From: Alkalispirochaeta sp.
GTDB lineage: Bacteria > Spirochaetota > Spirochaetia > DSM-27196 > Alkalispirochaetaceae
Length of the DNA: 64,000 bases
Assembly (NCBI GenBank): GCA_965601925.1
Contig: OZ271854.1
Span: forward strand, 2,560,001-2,624,000
Reading direction: 5' to 3'
Numbering within the stretch: the stretch's first letter is position 1; every line of letters begins with the position of its first letter. The translations under genes and the position numbers were made by a program. A model generated the notes under the pieces. The model searched no databases, was not told the DNA's origin, and saw only the letters and a list, made by a program, of their open reading frames with translations. Positions 22,082-31,987 of this stretch are shown piece by piece.

Positions 22082-23149
22082 ATGCAAAGGAGTCTAATTC
22101 TGTTTTTGATTACCGTGCTGGTCGCAGGTACCGGTTTCGTATACGCCGCCGGCCAGGGCGAGTCCGACGAAAACGTGACGAGAATCGAAGGTGCTCCCGC
22201 CCCCTTCGACGGAAGTGCCGGGCGGCAGCTGCATATCGCGCACATCAGCTATTTGGTCGAGGGCGAGTTTATGCAGATGTATCGCGCCGGTCTGGAGGCT
22301 CAGGCACAGGAACTCGGTATGCGCGTTACGGTGCTCGGAAGACAGGGCGACGCGCAGGCGCAGGCCAATTTCGTGAATCAGGCGATCAACCTCGGCGTCG
22401 ACGGCATTGTCATTCAGCACGGGCTCACCGAAACGATGCGGGGCCCCGCCCAGGACGCTTTGGACGCCGGCATTCCCGTGGTCGCGTTCGACGTCGATCT
22501 ACAGAATTCGAATATCCCGCAAGTGGCGCAAAACGACCCGCAACACGGATTGAACGCAATCACTGCGATCGTCGAGGATTTCGGTGGAAACGTCGACATG
22601 GCCTACGTGCGTGTTGCCGGCATTCTGCCCCTCGACAAGCGCGACGGACCGATTCAGGAGATCGTTGCCGCCTATCCGAACGTGAGTATTGTGGCCCAGA
22701 CCGGTACACTCGACTCTCCTATTGCCGTGCGCAATGCCGACCAGGCCCAGGCGGTGCTACGGGCAAACCCGAGTATTCAGGCGTATTTAGCGCCGTACGA
22801 CGAGTTTGCCAAGGGTATCGTTCTTGCTCTGGAGGAGTTGGAGATGACCGACTCGGTGCGGGTGTACAGCATCGATATCTCGACGCAGGACATCGAGATC
22901 ATGACGCAGCCCGGTAGTCCCTGGGTCATGACCTCCGCGGTCAATCCCGCGGAGATGGGGGCCGTGTCGGTGCGCACCCTTGCGCAAGTAATGGCCGGCG
23001 AGGATGTGCCGCGCGATGTTCTGGTGGAGCCCATGATTTTCACCGCCGATATGCTGCGCGAGGCGGGTGTGACGAACATGGAAGAGCTCATGGCGAGTTT
23101 CGCGGCATTTAACGAATCCCCGGCGGCGCGTTCTATTTGGATGCCCTGA
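22082..23149 (+). CDS. Sugar ABC transporter substrate-binding protein (RbsB-like)
   Basis: Signal peptide ending AAGQGE; VDGIVI, GIPVVAFD and DEFAKG motifs; AAGGAGG RBS. Confidence 0.9.
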   Translation: MQRSLILFLITVLVAGTGFVYAAGQGESDENVTRIEGAPAPFDGSAGRQLHIAHISYLVEGEFMQMYRAGLEAQAQELGMRVTVLGRQGDAQAQANFVNQAINLGVDGIVIQHGLTETMRGPAQDALDAGIPVVAFDVDLQNSNIPQVAQNDPQHGLNAITAIVEDFGGNVDMAYVRVAGILPLDKRDGPIQEIVAAYPNVSIVAQTGTLDSPIAVRNADQAQAVLRANPSIQAYLAPYDEFAKGIVLALEELEMTDSVRVYSIDISTQDIEIMTQPGSPWVMTSAVNPAEMGAVSVRTLAQVMAGEDVPRDVLVEPMIFTADMLREAGVTNMEELMASFAAFNESPAARSIWMP

Positions 23150-23267
23150 TAACGAGATCAGATACGATTTTTTCCTCGACGATAGATGCCGCCGTCCCGA
23201 TACGGGGCGACGGCCGAGCCATACTTGCGTATGATCGTGGATACCGATTGCGCGTGCGGAGAGCATT

Positions 23268-24347
23268 ATGCATTATGACGAACGGACGATGACGAATACC
23301 GAAACGATCAAGAGCATCGAGTGGCGTTCAGGAGCACTCTTTCTTCTCGATCAAACGAAGCTGCCTCTATCGGTAGAGGTCGAGGAACAGACGAGCGTCG
23401 AACAGGTATGGGACTCCATCAGGCAGTTGAAGGTACGCGGAGCGCCGGCGATCGGTGTCGCGGGCGCGTACGGTCTGGTCGTCGCGATGCGGGACAAAAC
23501 AAGTCTCGATAGGCCTTCATTTCTCGCGGAACTTCGGCGACAAGCCGCCTATCTGGACTCGTCGCGTCCGACCGCCGTCAACCTTCATTGGGCGTTGACG
23601 CGCTGCGTTCGCGTCGTTGACGCCGTCGAAGGTGGAACGGGCGACGAACTCCTGGCGACGCTCGTCGCCGAGGCGGAAGCGATCCACAAGGAGGATCTGC
23701 TTCTGTGCCGACGCATCGGCGAACGCGGGGAGCATCTCATCCGCGAAGGCGTCGGTATCCTCACCCACTGTAACGCCGGACGGCTCGCGGCCTCCGACTA
23801 CGGGACCGCTACCGCGCCCATGTATCTCGCTCATGAGAAGGGCGTACGGTTTACCGTCTATTCCGACGAGAGTCGGCCGTTGTTGCAGGGCTCGCGACTC
23901 ACCGCGTGGGAGCTGCGGGAGGCCGGAATCGATGTGTATACGATTACCGACAATATGGCCGCCTTTGTAATGCAAAAGGGGTTGATCGACATGGTGATCG
24001 TCGGTACCGATCGCGTGGCGGCCAACGGCGACGTCGCCAATAAAATCGGCACCATGGGCGTGGCGATTCTCGCCAAACACTTCGGTATCCCGTTCTACGT
24101 TGCGAGTCCCGCCTCCACCATCGACCTCAACACGGCTACCGGCGACGATATCGTGATCGAGGAGCGTAGTACGGACGAAGTGACGCACTTCGGCCTTAGA
24201 CGCACCGCTCCCGAAGGTGTCAAGGTACGTAACCCGGCTTTCGACGTGACGCCCGGAGAGTTGGTCACCGCGTTTATCACCGATGCGGGCGTCATCGAAC
24301 CGCCGTACGACGCGAATCTCGCGCGCATGTTCGCGCCGGACGCGTAA
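23268..24347 (+). CDS. mtnA: S-methyl-5-thioribose-1-phosphate isomerase (start may be 23289)
   Basis: LLDQTKLP, VRGAPAIG, SRPTAVNL, LTHCNAG, ESRPLLQGSRLT, NGDVANKIGT and NPAFDVTP motifs. Confidence 0.95.
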   Translation: MHYDERTMTNTETIKSIEWRSGALFLLDQTKLPLSVEVEEQTSVEQVWDSIRQLKVRGAPAIGVAGAYGLVVAMRDKTSLDRPSFLAELRRQAAYLDSSRPTAVNLHWALTRCVRVVDAVEGGTGDELLATLVAEAEAIHKEDLLLCRRIGERGEHLIREGVGILTHCNAGRLAASDYGTATAPMYLAHEKGVRFTVYSDESRPLLQGSRLTAWELREAGIDVYTITDNMAAFVMQKGLIDMVIVGTDRVAANGDVANKIGTMGVAILAKHFGIPFYVASPASTIDLNTATGDDIVIEERSTDEVTHFGLRRTAPEGVKVRNPAFDVTPGELVTAFITDAGVIEPPYDANLARMFAPDA

Positions 24348-24370
24348 CGTCGCGTATCGAGGAGGCGCGT

Positions 24371-25906
24371 GTGGCTCGACCGTCCCCATTGATTGAAGTA
24401 CGAAACATCGGCAAATCCTTCGGTGCGACGCGGGCGCTGGACGATGTTTCGGTGGAGTTCTTTCCCGGCGAGGTCTTGGCGATGGTAGGCGCCAACGGGG
24501 CGGGCAAGTCGACGTTGATAAAGATCATCTGCGGATATCACGTAGACTTCGACGGTGAAATCGTGATCGGGGGTCGGCCGGTACGTTTGGCGACGCCGAA
24601 AGACGCTGCCGACAACGGTGTCGCGACGGTACACCAGATCATCAACCAAGGCGTCGTACAGAGTATGTCGGTGTATGAGAATCTTACGTTGGCCGAGCTG
24701 CTCGCTCCGGGTCAACGTCCCTTCTATGATAGAAATGCGCTTCGCGAGCGCGCGCGAGAGATCGCGCTTTTGATGGGGCTTGAGGTCGATTTGGACGTCG
24801 CGGTGGAGGATTTGAGCCAGTCCGACCGACAACTCATCGCCATCGCTCGCGCCTTGGCGGGAGATCCGAAGCTCCTCATTCTGGACGAGCCGACCAGTTC
24901 ATTATCCGAGAAGGAGTCCGAGCGCCTTTTTGAGATGTTGGAACGGCTCAAGGCGACGGGCGTCTCGATTCTGTACGTCTCGCATCGCCTACACGAAATC
25001 GGGCGTATCGCCGACCGCGTGGTGGTCCTACGAGACGGGACCACCGCGGGAACGCTGACGCGTCCCTTCGACGTCAAGGAGATGGTAACCAGAATGGTCG
25101 GAGAGATTCCCAAGCACCAGCACATGGTACGAAGCAACGGTCGCGACGAGGCGGAGCTCAAGATCGCGTTGCGCGATCTGGTCGTGAGCGAGGGTTCTCC
25201 GCCCGTAAACTTGCGCATCCATCGCGGCGAGATACTCGGCATAACCGGGCTCATCGGAGCGGGGAAAAGCGAGTTGGCCCAGGTGTTGTTCGGGATCAGG
25301 CGGCCCGTTTCCGGCGATATTCTGGTGGATGGACGGCGTATCGCGCCGCGGAGCGTCGCCGAGGCGGTCGCGCGGGGAATCTTCTACGTACCGGAGGATC
25401 GCACCAACAACGCGGTCGTACCTATGTTTACGGTGCGGCAGAATATGACGCTTCCTTTTTTGCGCGTCTTCGACTGGTTGGGAATCATGAAGATCGGCAG
25501 CGAACGCCGGCGGACCCGCGCTATGATCGAGGCGATGGGCATTAAGTGCGACGGCGAAGAGGCTGAAATGGACAGTCTCTCAGGCGGTAATCAACAAAAG
25601 GTCGTCGTGGCGCGGTGGCTTCTGGAGTCCTTCGAACTGGTGATTCTCGACGAGCCCTTTCAGGGCGTCGATGTCCGCTCGCGTCACGATATAGGACGCC
25701 ATCTGAGGGAGCACATCGGCGAACGGGCGGCGATCGTCATCGCGACCGATCTGGACGAGGTTATCGAAGTCGCCGACCGCATCATCGTTATGAACGCCGG
25801 CGCGATTGTCGGAGAGCAGCTCTATGAAAACATCGATCGCGATCAACTTCTCCATTGGGTCTCCCAGGAGGCCCCGCAAGGCGAGCGGGAGGCGCTTGAA
25901 GCATGA
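24371..25906 (+). CDS. Sugar ABC transporter ATP-binding protein with two ABC domains (RbsA-like)
   Basis: GANGAGKST, ILDEPT and LSGGNQQK motifs. Confidence 0.95.
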   Translation: MARPSPLIEVRNIGKSFGATRALDDVSVEFFPGEVLAMVGANGAGKSTLIKIICGYHVDFDGEIVIGGRPVRLATPKDAADNGVATVHQIINQGVVQSMSVYENLTLAELLAPGQRPFYDRNALRERAREIALLMGLEVDLDVAVEDLSQSDRQLIAIARALAGDPKLLILDEPTSSLSEKESERLFEMLERLKATGVSILYVSHRLHEIGRIADRVVVLRDGTTAGTLTRPFDVKEMVTRMVGEIPKHQHMVRSNGRDEAELKIALRDLVVSEGSPPVNLRIHRGEILGITGLIGAGKSELAQVLFGIRRPVSGDILVDGRRIAPRSVAEAVARGIFYVPEDRTNNAVVPMFTVRQNMTLPFLRVFDWLGIMKIGSERRRTRAMIEAMGIKCDGEEAEMDSLSGGNQQKVVVARWLLESFELVILDEPFQGVDVRSRHDIGRHLREHIGERAAIVIATDLDEVIEVADRIIVMNAGAIVGEQLYENIDRDQLLHWVSQEAPQGEREALEA

Positions 25907-26940
25907 GTTCACAAATACATCCAGGGACGGTCGCGGACCGTCGCGCGGTGGACCGCACGGAACGGCTCAAACGGTTTTCCATCCGGTACGGATTTCTCAT
26001 CGTGATGGCGGCGTTGTTCGTGATTTTTGGGATCATACAACCGGTCTTTTGGCGGCCGGGGAACCTCTTTTCGATTCTCCTCGGCGTGACGGTATATGGA
26101 ATTTTAGCCTTGGGAGTGACCTTTCCCCTTGTGATCGACGGACTGGATCTGTCGATCGGCTCGGTCGCGGCGCTGTCGGTGATGATTTCGGCGTATATGA
26201 TGGTCGTTCTGGAGACGAGCGGCCTTGCGGCGATCATTGCGTGCCTAAGCCTGGGCGCGTTTATCGGGTTGATAAACGGTATATTGATCGTCAGGGTCAA
26301 AATACCGGACCTTCTCGCCACGTTGGGTATGATGTTTTTGGTACAGGGTTTGCAGCTCATCCCCTCCGGCGGACGATCGATCGGCCGTGGCGCGGTGCTC
26401 GCCGGCGGCGTGACCGCGCGCGGTGAGTTTGCCGACTACTTTCTCTTTTTGGGGCAGGGTCGCATATTGGGTATCGTACCGACGGCGGTGGCGATTATGC
26501 TCGTGGTTGCCGTCCTCGTATTTGTCGTGCTCTCCCTCACGCGTTGGGGGCGCATCTTTTACGCCATCGGCAGCAACGCCGAGGCGGCGCGGTTGGTCGG
26601 CGCCAAAGTCGATACGTATCGTATCATGGCCTACGTCATCTCCGGTACGATCGCCGCTCTCGGCGGTATCGTGTTGGCTGCGCGGGTGGGGCGGGGTGAT
26701 GTTCAGTCCGGCGGCACGCTCCTGTTGGACGCGGTCGGTTCGGCGCTTATCGGTTTTGCGGTGCTCGGCGTGCGTAAGCCAAACCCATTCGGCACCATCG
26801 TCGGAGCGATTTTCATCGGCATGCTGCTTAATGGGTTGACGATGCTCAACATGCCGTATTTCGTGCAGGACTTCATCAAAGGCGTGGTGTTGGTCGCCGC
26901 ATTGGCCTTCACCTTCGGACTGTCCAAGACCAAGACGTGA
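25903..26940 (+). CDS. Sugar ABC transporter permease (RbsC-like)
   Basis: GLDLSIGS and YAIGSNAEAARLVG motifs; multiple TM helices. Confidence 0.95.
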   Translation: MSSQIHPGTVADRRAVDRTERLKRFSIRYGFLIVMAALFVIFGIIQPVFWRPGNLFSILLGVTVYGILALGVTFPLVIDGLDLSIGSVAALSVMISAYMMVVLETSGLAAIIACLSLGAFIGLINGILIVRVKIPDLLATLGMMFLVQGLQLIPSGGRSIGRGAVLAGGVTARGEFADYFLFLGQGRILGIVPTAVAIMLVVAVLVFVVLSLTRWGRIFYAIGSNAEAARLVGAKVDTYRIMAYVISGTIAALGGIVLAARVGRGDVQSGGTLLLDAVGSALIGFAVLGVRKPNPFGTIVGAIFIGMLLNGLTMLNMPYFVQDFIKGVVLVAALAFTFGLSKTKT

Positions 26941-27343
26941 CCGATCTCCTCGTTCCGGCGAGCGAAGATGTTCGGCGCCGTGGGAATCGGCGCCTCACGA
27001 GTCGATTCAGAGTATCCATCGCTTCGGTCCCCGGTGTGCGCAGGGAAATATCGGTGATCGTTGCGGTATGTTCGCATTGATCGGTATTGATCTCGATGAT
27101 CGTCGCTCCATAGCGCTTCGCCATCGTCGGAAGCATCCCCGCCGGGTACACTTCTCCGATCGTACCGACGACGAGCATGGCATCGGCCGCCCGAGCGGCT
27201 TTTCCTGCGAGCTGCGTCGTCTCAGACGGTATCCCGTCGCCGAAGAAGACGACATCGGGCCGCAACAGCGCTCTCCCTTCGGACCGCGTCGGTGCGCTGT
27301 TTCCGGCCCGGCGGTAGTCGTCGGTCGATACGGATGTTTCCAC
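26909..27343 (-). pseudogene. Truncated Sir2/CobB deacylase (C-terminal half only)
   Basis: LRPDVVFFG, LVVGT-GEVYPA and IIEIN are present; the N-terminal GAGxS, QNxD, HG and Zn-ribbon Cys are absent, with no room upstream. Confidence 0.75.
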
Positions 27344-27354
27344 GATCCTCGCGT

Positions 27355-27900
27355 CTACTTAACCAGTTTCGAGATCTCTTTAAAACGCGCGGTCCCGCTG
27401 ACACGGGTGAGCTCGAAGAGAATCGATTCTACCGAGGTAATCCGCCCCCCCTCGCGTTCGATACGTCGAGCGGCTATCTCGCGATCGTGGCCGTTGCGAC
27501 TCGATGTCGCGTCGAGGACAACGACCGGCTGATATCCGGTCTCCAGGAGGTCGAGCGCCGTCTGGAGTATACATACATGCGCCTCAATACCGGCGAGCAG
27601 TACCGTCTTGCGGCCGAGAGAGGCGAGGCGCGCTCGGAACGTCGTGTCGTCGCAACAACTGAACGACGATTTTATGATCGGCGTTGCGGACTCACCCAAC
27701 GCCTCGGTAATCGACGCCGCGGTGGGCCCGAGTCCCTTTGGATACTGTTCGGTAACCAGAAGCGGCGCCTCCAGAATGCGGGCTCCGCGGATGAGCGTGA
27801 GTATCTTTTCGCGTGTTCTGTCGGCCTCGTCCATATGGACGAGCAGTCGCTCCTGTACGTCGACGATTACGACGGCTGTATTGTCAAGGACGATGCGCAT
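27355..27900 (-). CDS. Isochorismatase-family hydrolase (YcaC/ISOC-like)
   Basis: IVDVQERL, TEQYPKGLG, KSSFSC and GIEAHVC motifs. Confidence 0.9.
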   Translation of the reverse strand: MRIVLDNTAVVIVDVQERLLVHMDEADRTREKILTLIRGARILEAPLLVTEQYPKGLGPTAASITEALGESATPIIKSSFSCCDDTTFRARLASLGRKTVLLAGIEAHVCILQTALDLLETGYQPVVVLDATSSRNGHDREIAARRIEREGGRITSVESILFELTRVSGTARFKEISKLVK

Positions 27901-27905
27901 GTTGT

Positions 27906-27912
27906 TATTATG
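27906..27912. promoter_or_regulatory. Bidirectional overlapping -10 elements
   Basis: TATTAT(+) and CATAAT(-) each end 6 nt from the divergent ATGs at 27918 and 27900. Confidence 0.65.
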
Positions 27913-27917
27913 GCGCA

Positions 27918-29078
27918 ATGCGCACGTTTTTAGAACTGCCCGTATTTCTCACTGAGCCGATTGCACTGGGAGTGGTTACGCTTCCCTTCTCCATTTTTGA
28001 GCTGGTCGCGGGGTTTGTGCTTCCGCTCGTGGGCATCGCCGCGGCGCTTCTTCTCGTCACTGTGCTCTTTCGACGCCTCATCCGGCGTTTTGATATCAAG
28101 GAGGGGACGCAGGACCGGGCGTTGCGCTGGCTGCGTCGCGGCGTGCGGATAAGCTGGCTCATCGCTTTGTTGGGGCTCTCCTCTCGCCTCCTTGGAGCAC
28201 AGCTTGCGCGTTGGATCGCCACGATCTTTCGCGTTCTCAATCAGCCCTTTTTCACCTCCGGCAACACCGCGATATCGGCGGTGACGCTCCTGCTCGTCAT
28301 ACCGGTCTTCTACTTCGCCGGGTGGCTCTCTCGTTTGAGCCGGCGGCTGCTTCAGCAAAACGTGTTCGGACGGTTCAACCTCGACCCGGCGCGCTCCTTC
28401 TCCTTTCTCAACGTCACGCGATTCGTCGTTTTGGGACTGACCATTATCGTCGGCTTGAGCGTGATCGGGATCGATCTCTCGTCTCTTGCCGTGCTGTTCG
28501 GTGTGCTCGGCATCGGTGTCGGCTTCGGCCTGCAAGACGCCGTCGCGAATATGTTTGCCGGCCTCGTCATCATCTTCTCGCGGCCGATCAAAGAGGGGGA
28601 TCGCGTACTCGTCGACGACGTCGAAGGGTCGGTACAACAGATCAAGATTCTCTACACCGTGGTAAATACCGTCACCAACGAGACGATTCTCATTCCCAAT
28701 GCGAAGATCACCGGGAACCCGATGCACAACTACTCCTACGACGACGTTCGCATCGTTATCTGCAACACCGTGCAGGTCGCCTACTCGAGTGACTTGGATC
28801 GTGTCGGCGAGGTGCTCTTGGACGTCGCGCGCCGTAACCCGTGGGCGGTTCCGGGAACGGAGCACCGCTATCAGGTCTGGTCGTTCGACGACTCGGGGAT
28901 TACCGTACGCCTATGCACCTGGATCGCGAATGCGACGGATCGTATTCCCGCATATAGTTGGACGAATCTTGAGATATGGCGGGCGTTTCGCACCGCGAAG
29001 GTCGAGATACCCTTTCCGCAGGTTGATCTCCACGTCAAAAATCGGGGGGACGTGCCCGACGTCCCTACCGACGCATAG
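27918..29078 (+). CDS. MscS-family mechanosensitive channel
   Basis: GVLGIGVGFGLQ, RPIKEGDRV, IPNAK, VAYSSD and IPFPQVDLH motifs. Confidence 0.9.
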   Translation: MRTFLELPVFLTEPIALGVVTLPFSIFELVAGFVLPLVGIAAALLLVTVLFRRLIRRFDIKEGTQDRALRWLRRGVRISWLIALLGLSSRLLGAQLARWIATIFRVLNQPFFTSGNTAISAVTLLLVIPVFYFAGWLSRLSRRLLQQNVFGRFNLDPARSFSFLNVTRFVVLGLTIIVGLSVIGIDLSSLAVLFGVLGIGVGFGLQDAVANMFAGLVIIFSRPIKEGDRVLVDDVEGSVQQIKILYTVVNTVTNETILIPNAKITGNPMHNYSYDDVRIVICNTVQVAYSSDLDRVGEVLLDVARRNPWAVPGTEHRYQVWSFDDSGITVRLCTWIANATDRIPAYSWTNLEIWRAFRTAKVEIPFPQVDLHVKNRGDVPDVPTDA

Positions 29079-29128
29079 CCACGTACTGCACGACCGGATG
29101 TGAGCCGGACTACGGATGCGGCGAATCG

Positions 29129-29593
29129 TCAGGCCGAGATTTCGGCTCCCGATAGTATGCGTTCCACTTTTTCGCCGTTTTTTTCGACGATGCTTTGCAG
29201 CGTGATACTATCGAAGTAACCGAGAATGTGGTCGGAGACCTCTTGCCAGACGGAATAGACGATACACCGGTCCATACGATCGCACGGGTCGACGCCCTCG
29301 GTCGGGTTGCACGTGGTGCATGGGGTGAGATCCAAACCCTCGTCCACCGCAATGAAGATGTCTTTCATCGTGATTGACGACGGATCTTTTTCGAGAACGA
29401 AACCGCCGCCGGGACCGCGCACGGAGCCGATAACACCGGCCTTCTTCAACTTAAAGAAAATCTGTTCCAGAAACTCGGGAGAGATATCTTCTTCGGCCGC
29501 GATCACTTTGATAGGGCGCGGTTTCCCGTTAAACGATATTGCGAGATTCGTGAGGGCGCGCAGTGCATACCGGCCCTTTGTCGTTATCCTCAT
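29129..29593 (-). CDS. Rrf2-family transcriptional regulator with Cys cluster
   Basis: TKGRYALRA, FLEQIF and SVRGPGGGF motifs; CTTC...C....C. Confidence 0.93.
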   Translation of the reverse strand: MRITTKGRYALRALTNLAISFNGKPRPIKVIAAEEDISPEFLEQIFFKLKKAGVIGSVRGPGGGFVLEKDPSSITMKDIFIAVDEGLDLTPCTTCNPTEGVDPCDRMDRCIVYSVWQEVSDHILGYFDSITLQSIVEKNGEKVERILSGAEISA

Positions 29594-29789
29594 GGATTCC
29601 TCCGAATGTGTAGTGCGTGGTGACGCTCAGTATAGAATGAATAACAAAAATGCTCAAGATTTTATTATCAATGCATCGGATATGTCCGTTTTCGTCTTCT
29701 GCATTCGGATGGTGACCGTCGTGGCAAACGCGGGGCCGACCAACTATCATTTATAGCGAGTCACTAATCAAGGCTAAAGCGAGGTACTC

Positions 29790-31412
29790 GTGGTCTCTTT
29801 CATTCGTAACGCCGGGTTCGGTATGCGTATTATTTTTTCGATTATCGTCTTTTTTTTGATCTTTTCGTCGGTAAACGTATGGTATTTCTCGCGCCAACTC
29901 ACGCTCTCGGCCGAGGAGAGTATGGTCGAACGGGCGCGATCGGTCTCCATCGTCGCCGAATCGATTCGAGACTCGGTGGGCGAGTTGTGGGGGAACGGCA
30001 GCGTCGACGGCGATGCGCTCTTTGCGGAGGCGAACGAGGCGTTGGCCGGCGTTCATAGTGCCGAGGAACGTTTGGAAATACTAGAAACCCAGCGCGTGTA
30101 CGACGCGATTCCTATCGTTCGGAGTTGGGAGGCGATCGAACAGAATGCCGAGGAGATCGGTGTCGAGTTCAAGGTTCTGTCACTCAGTGCCCGGAATCCG
30201 CGCAACAGCGCCGACGATACGGAGGCCGAGATTCTCGAGTTGATGCGCGAGGAGGGGGTGAGCGACTTTTGGCGTATCGAACCGCAGACCGATCAGTTGC
30301 GCTATGTTCGACGTATTACCGTGCAAGACAGCTGTCTCGTGTGTCACGGTGTCGGCGATTTCGATCCCGTCGGATTTCCGATGGAGGGCATGGCGATCGG
30401 CGACCAGCGAGGAGGGTTTCAGTTCCTCTTTTCATTGGACGACATGCATCGCCGTGTACGGTCCTCGGTTGCACGGACCCTCGGAATCACCCTCGTTTTG
30501 ATCGTGATCTTGAGCTTCTTCGTCCGTTTTCTCGTCTTTCGCCTCGCCGTCGAGCCGATGCGCAATCTTCGCGGTGCCGCGCAGCGCGTCGCCGAGGGCG
30601 AGTTGAACTTCGATATACCGCCGGCGCGCAATCCCGACGATATCGGACAGCTGCAGGATGCGATTCGGGAGATGATTACGAGGCTACGCGAAGTGGTTTC
30701 CGGCGTGCGAGACGGAGCGGAGTCGGTGGCGAGCCATGGGGTAGAGGTGAGCGGCAGCGCCGGCGCGTTGTCGGACGGAGCCACCACGCAGGCGTCGAGC
30801 TTAGAGGAGATCGCCGCCGCCATGGAGGAGACGGCCGCGAGCGTACACTCGAACGCCGAGAATGCCGCGGAGACCGAACGAATAGCCAACGAGGTCGCGC
30901 GGGAAGCGAAGGAGAGCGGCGAGGCGGTTCAGAATACCGCCGCCGCCATGGAAGAGATCGCTCGTCGTATCGGCATTATCGACGAGATCGCGCGCAATAC
31001 CAACTTGCTCGCTCTCAACGCGGCGATCGAAGCCGCGCGCGCCGGCGAGGCGGGGAAGGGGTTTGCCGTTGTTGCCGACGAAGTTCAGAAGTTGGCCGTG
31101 CGCTCCAAGGAGGCGGCGGCGGAGATCAGCTCCTTATCGAAGGCCAATCTCATCGTCGCCCGCGACGCAGCCACACGCATCCGGGAGAGTCTACCGGAAA
31201 TCGAACGGACGGCGCTGCTCGTATCGCAGATCAGCATCGCAAGCGGTGAGCAGAGTCACGGCGTCGAGGAGATTAATCAGTCTCTCCAGAGTCTGGACCA
31301 CGTCGTACAGCAAAACGCCACCTCGTCCGGCGAGCTGGCCGACACGGCTCGGGAACTCGCCGAGCAGGTGCGGTATCTTCGTGAACGCATCGCCTTCTTC
31401 GACGACGAGTAG
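29790..31412 (+). CDS. Methyl-accepting chemotaxis protein with periplasmic heme-c (DUF3365-like) sensor
   Basis: Two TM helices, RNPRN, CLVCH (CxxCH), HAMP, and [29 protein letters not shown]. Confidence 0.92.
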   Translation: MVSFIRNAGFGMRIIFSIIVFFLIFSSVNVWYFSRQLTLSAEESMVERARSVSIVAESIRDSVGELWGNGSVDGDALFAEANEALAGVHSAEERLEILETQRVYDAIPIVRSWEAIEQNAEEIGVEFKVLSLSARNPRNSADDTEAEILELMREEGVSDFWRIEPQTDQLRYVRRITVQDSCLVCHGVGDFDPVGFPMEGMAIGDQRGGFQFLFSLDDMHRRVRSSVARTLGITLVLIVILSFFVRFLVFRLAVEPMRNLRGAAQRVAEGELNFDIPPARNPDDIGQLQDAIREMITRLREVVSGVRDGAESVASHGVEVSGSAGALSDGATTQASSLEEIAAAMEETAASVHSNAENAAETERIANEVAREAKESGEAVQNTAAAMEEIARRIGIIDEIARNTNLLALNAAIEAARAGEAGKGFAVVADEVQKLAVRSKEAAAEISSLSKANLIVARDAATRIRESLPEIERTALLVSQISIASGEQSHGVEEINQSLQSLDHVVQQNATSSGELADTARELAEQVRYLRERIAFFDDE

Positions 31413-31577
31413 GCCGTGACCGTCCCACGCCGCGCGTATGCCGAGATCTCGTTCATGTGTATTTCTTACCGGTCAGAAATAAACATTTCGTTACAATCGC
31501 CTCCTGCCGTTGTCCGCGCTTTCGAGCGTTACTATATTCCGTCGCACATATCATCTTTGTGTTAGGGGGTTAGCCGA

Positions 31578-31943
31578 GTGGCTACGAACAGAGCTCGAAA
31601 CATCACCGGTTGGATACTGGCGGGAATACTCACCCTTCTCATGACTCTGAGCGCCGTGAGTAAGTTCGCCGGTGCCGCCGAGCCGCTTATCGCGATGGGA
31701 CTCGGAGATAGACTCGTGATGATAGGTATCGGCGAGTTGATAACGGCCGTGTTGTTTTTGATCCCAATGACGCTTCCCGCCGGAGCGTTTCTCCAAAGCG
31801 CATACTGGGGCGGTGCGATTGCCGCTCATATGATCGACGGTACGCCGTTCCTCGGACCGGCGATCTTCCTCGTTCTTGTGTGGGTTATCACGGTAATCCG
31901 ACGGCCGGAAATGTTCGCCGGTCTTCTCCCAAGCAAACGGTAG
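31578..31943 (+). CDS. DoxX-family membrane protein
   Basis: Four TM helices; SAVSK, GIGEL and YWGGAIAAH motifs. Confidence 0.8.
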   Translation: MATNRARNITGWILAGILTLLMTLSAVSKFAGAAEPLIAMGLGDRLVMIGIGELITAVLFLIPMTLPAGAFLQSAYWGGAIAAHMIDGTPFLGPAIFLVLVWVITVIRRPEMFAGLLPSKR

Positions 31944-31987
31944 GGAGGCGGTTGACGCCCGGCCGGAAACGAACCACGGTGTAATGT

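Noticed and set aside
18820..24347. Canonical methionine salvage (aldolase read as MtnB)
   Set aside because: The protein has FucA-like motifs plus an encapsulation tail, and no mtnC/W/X/D genes are present; catabolic cleavage fits better
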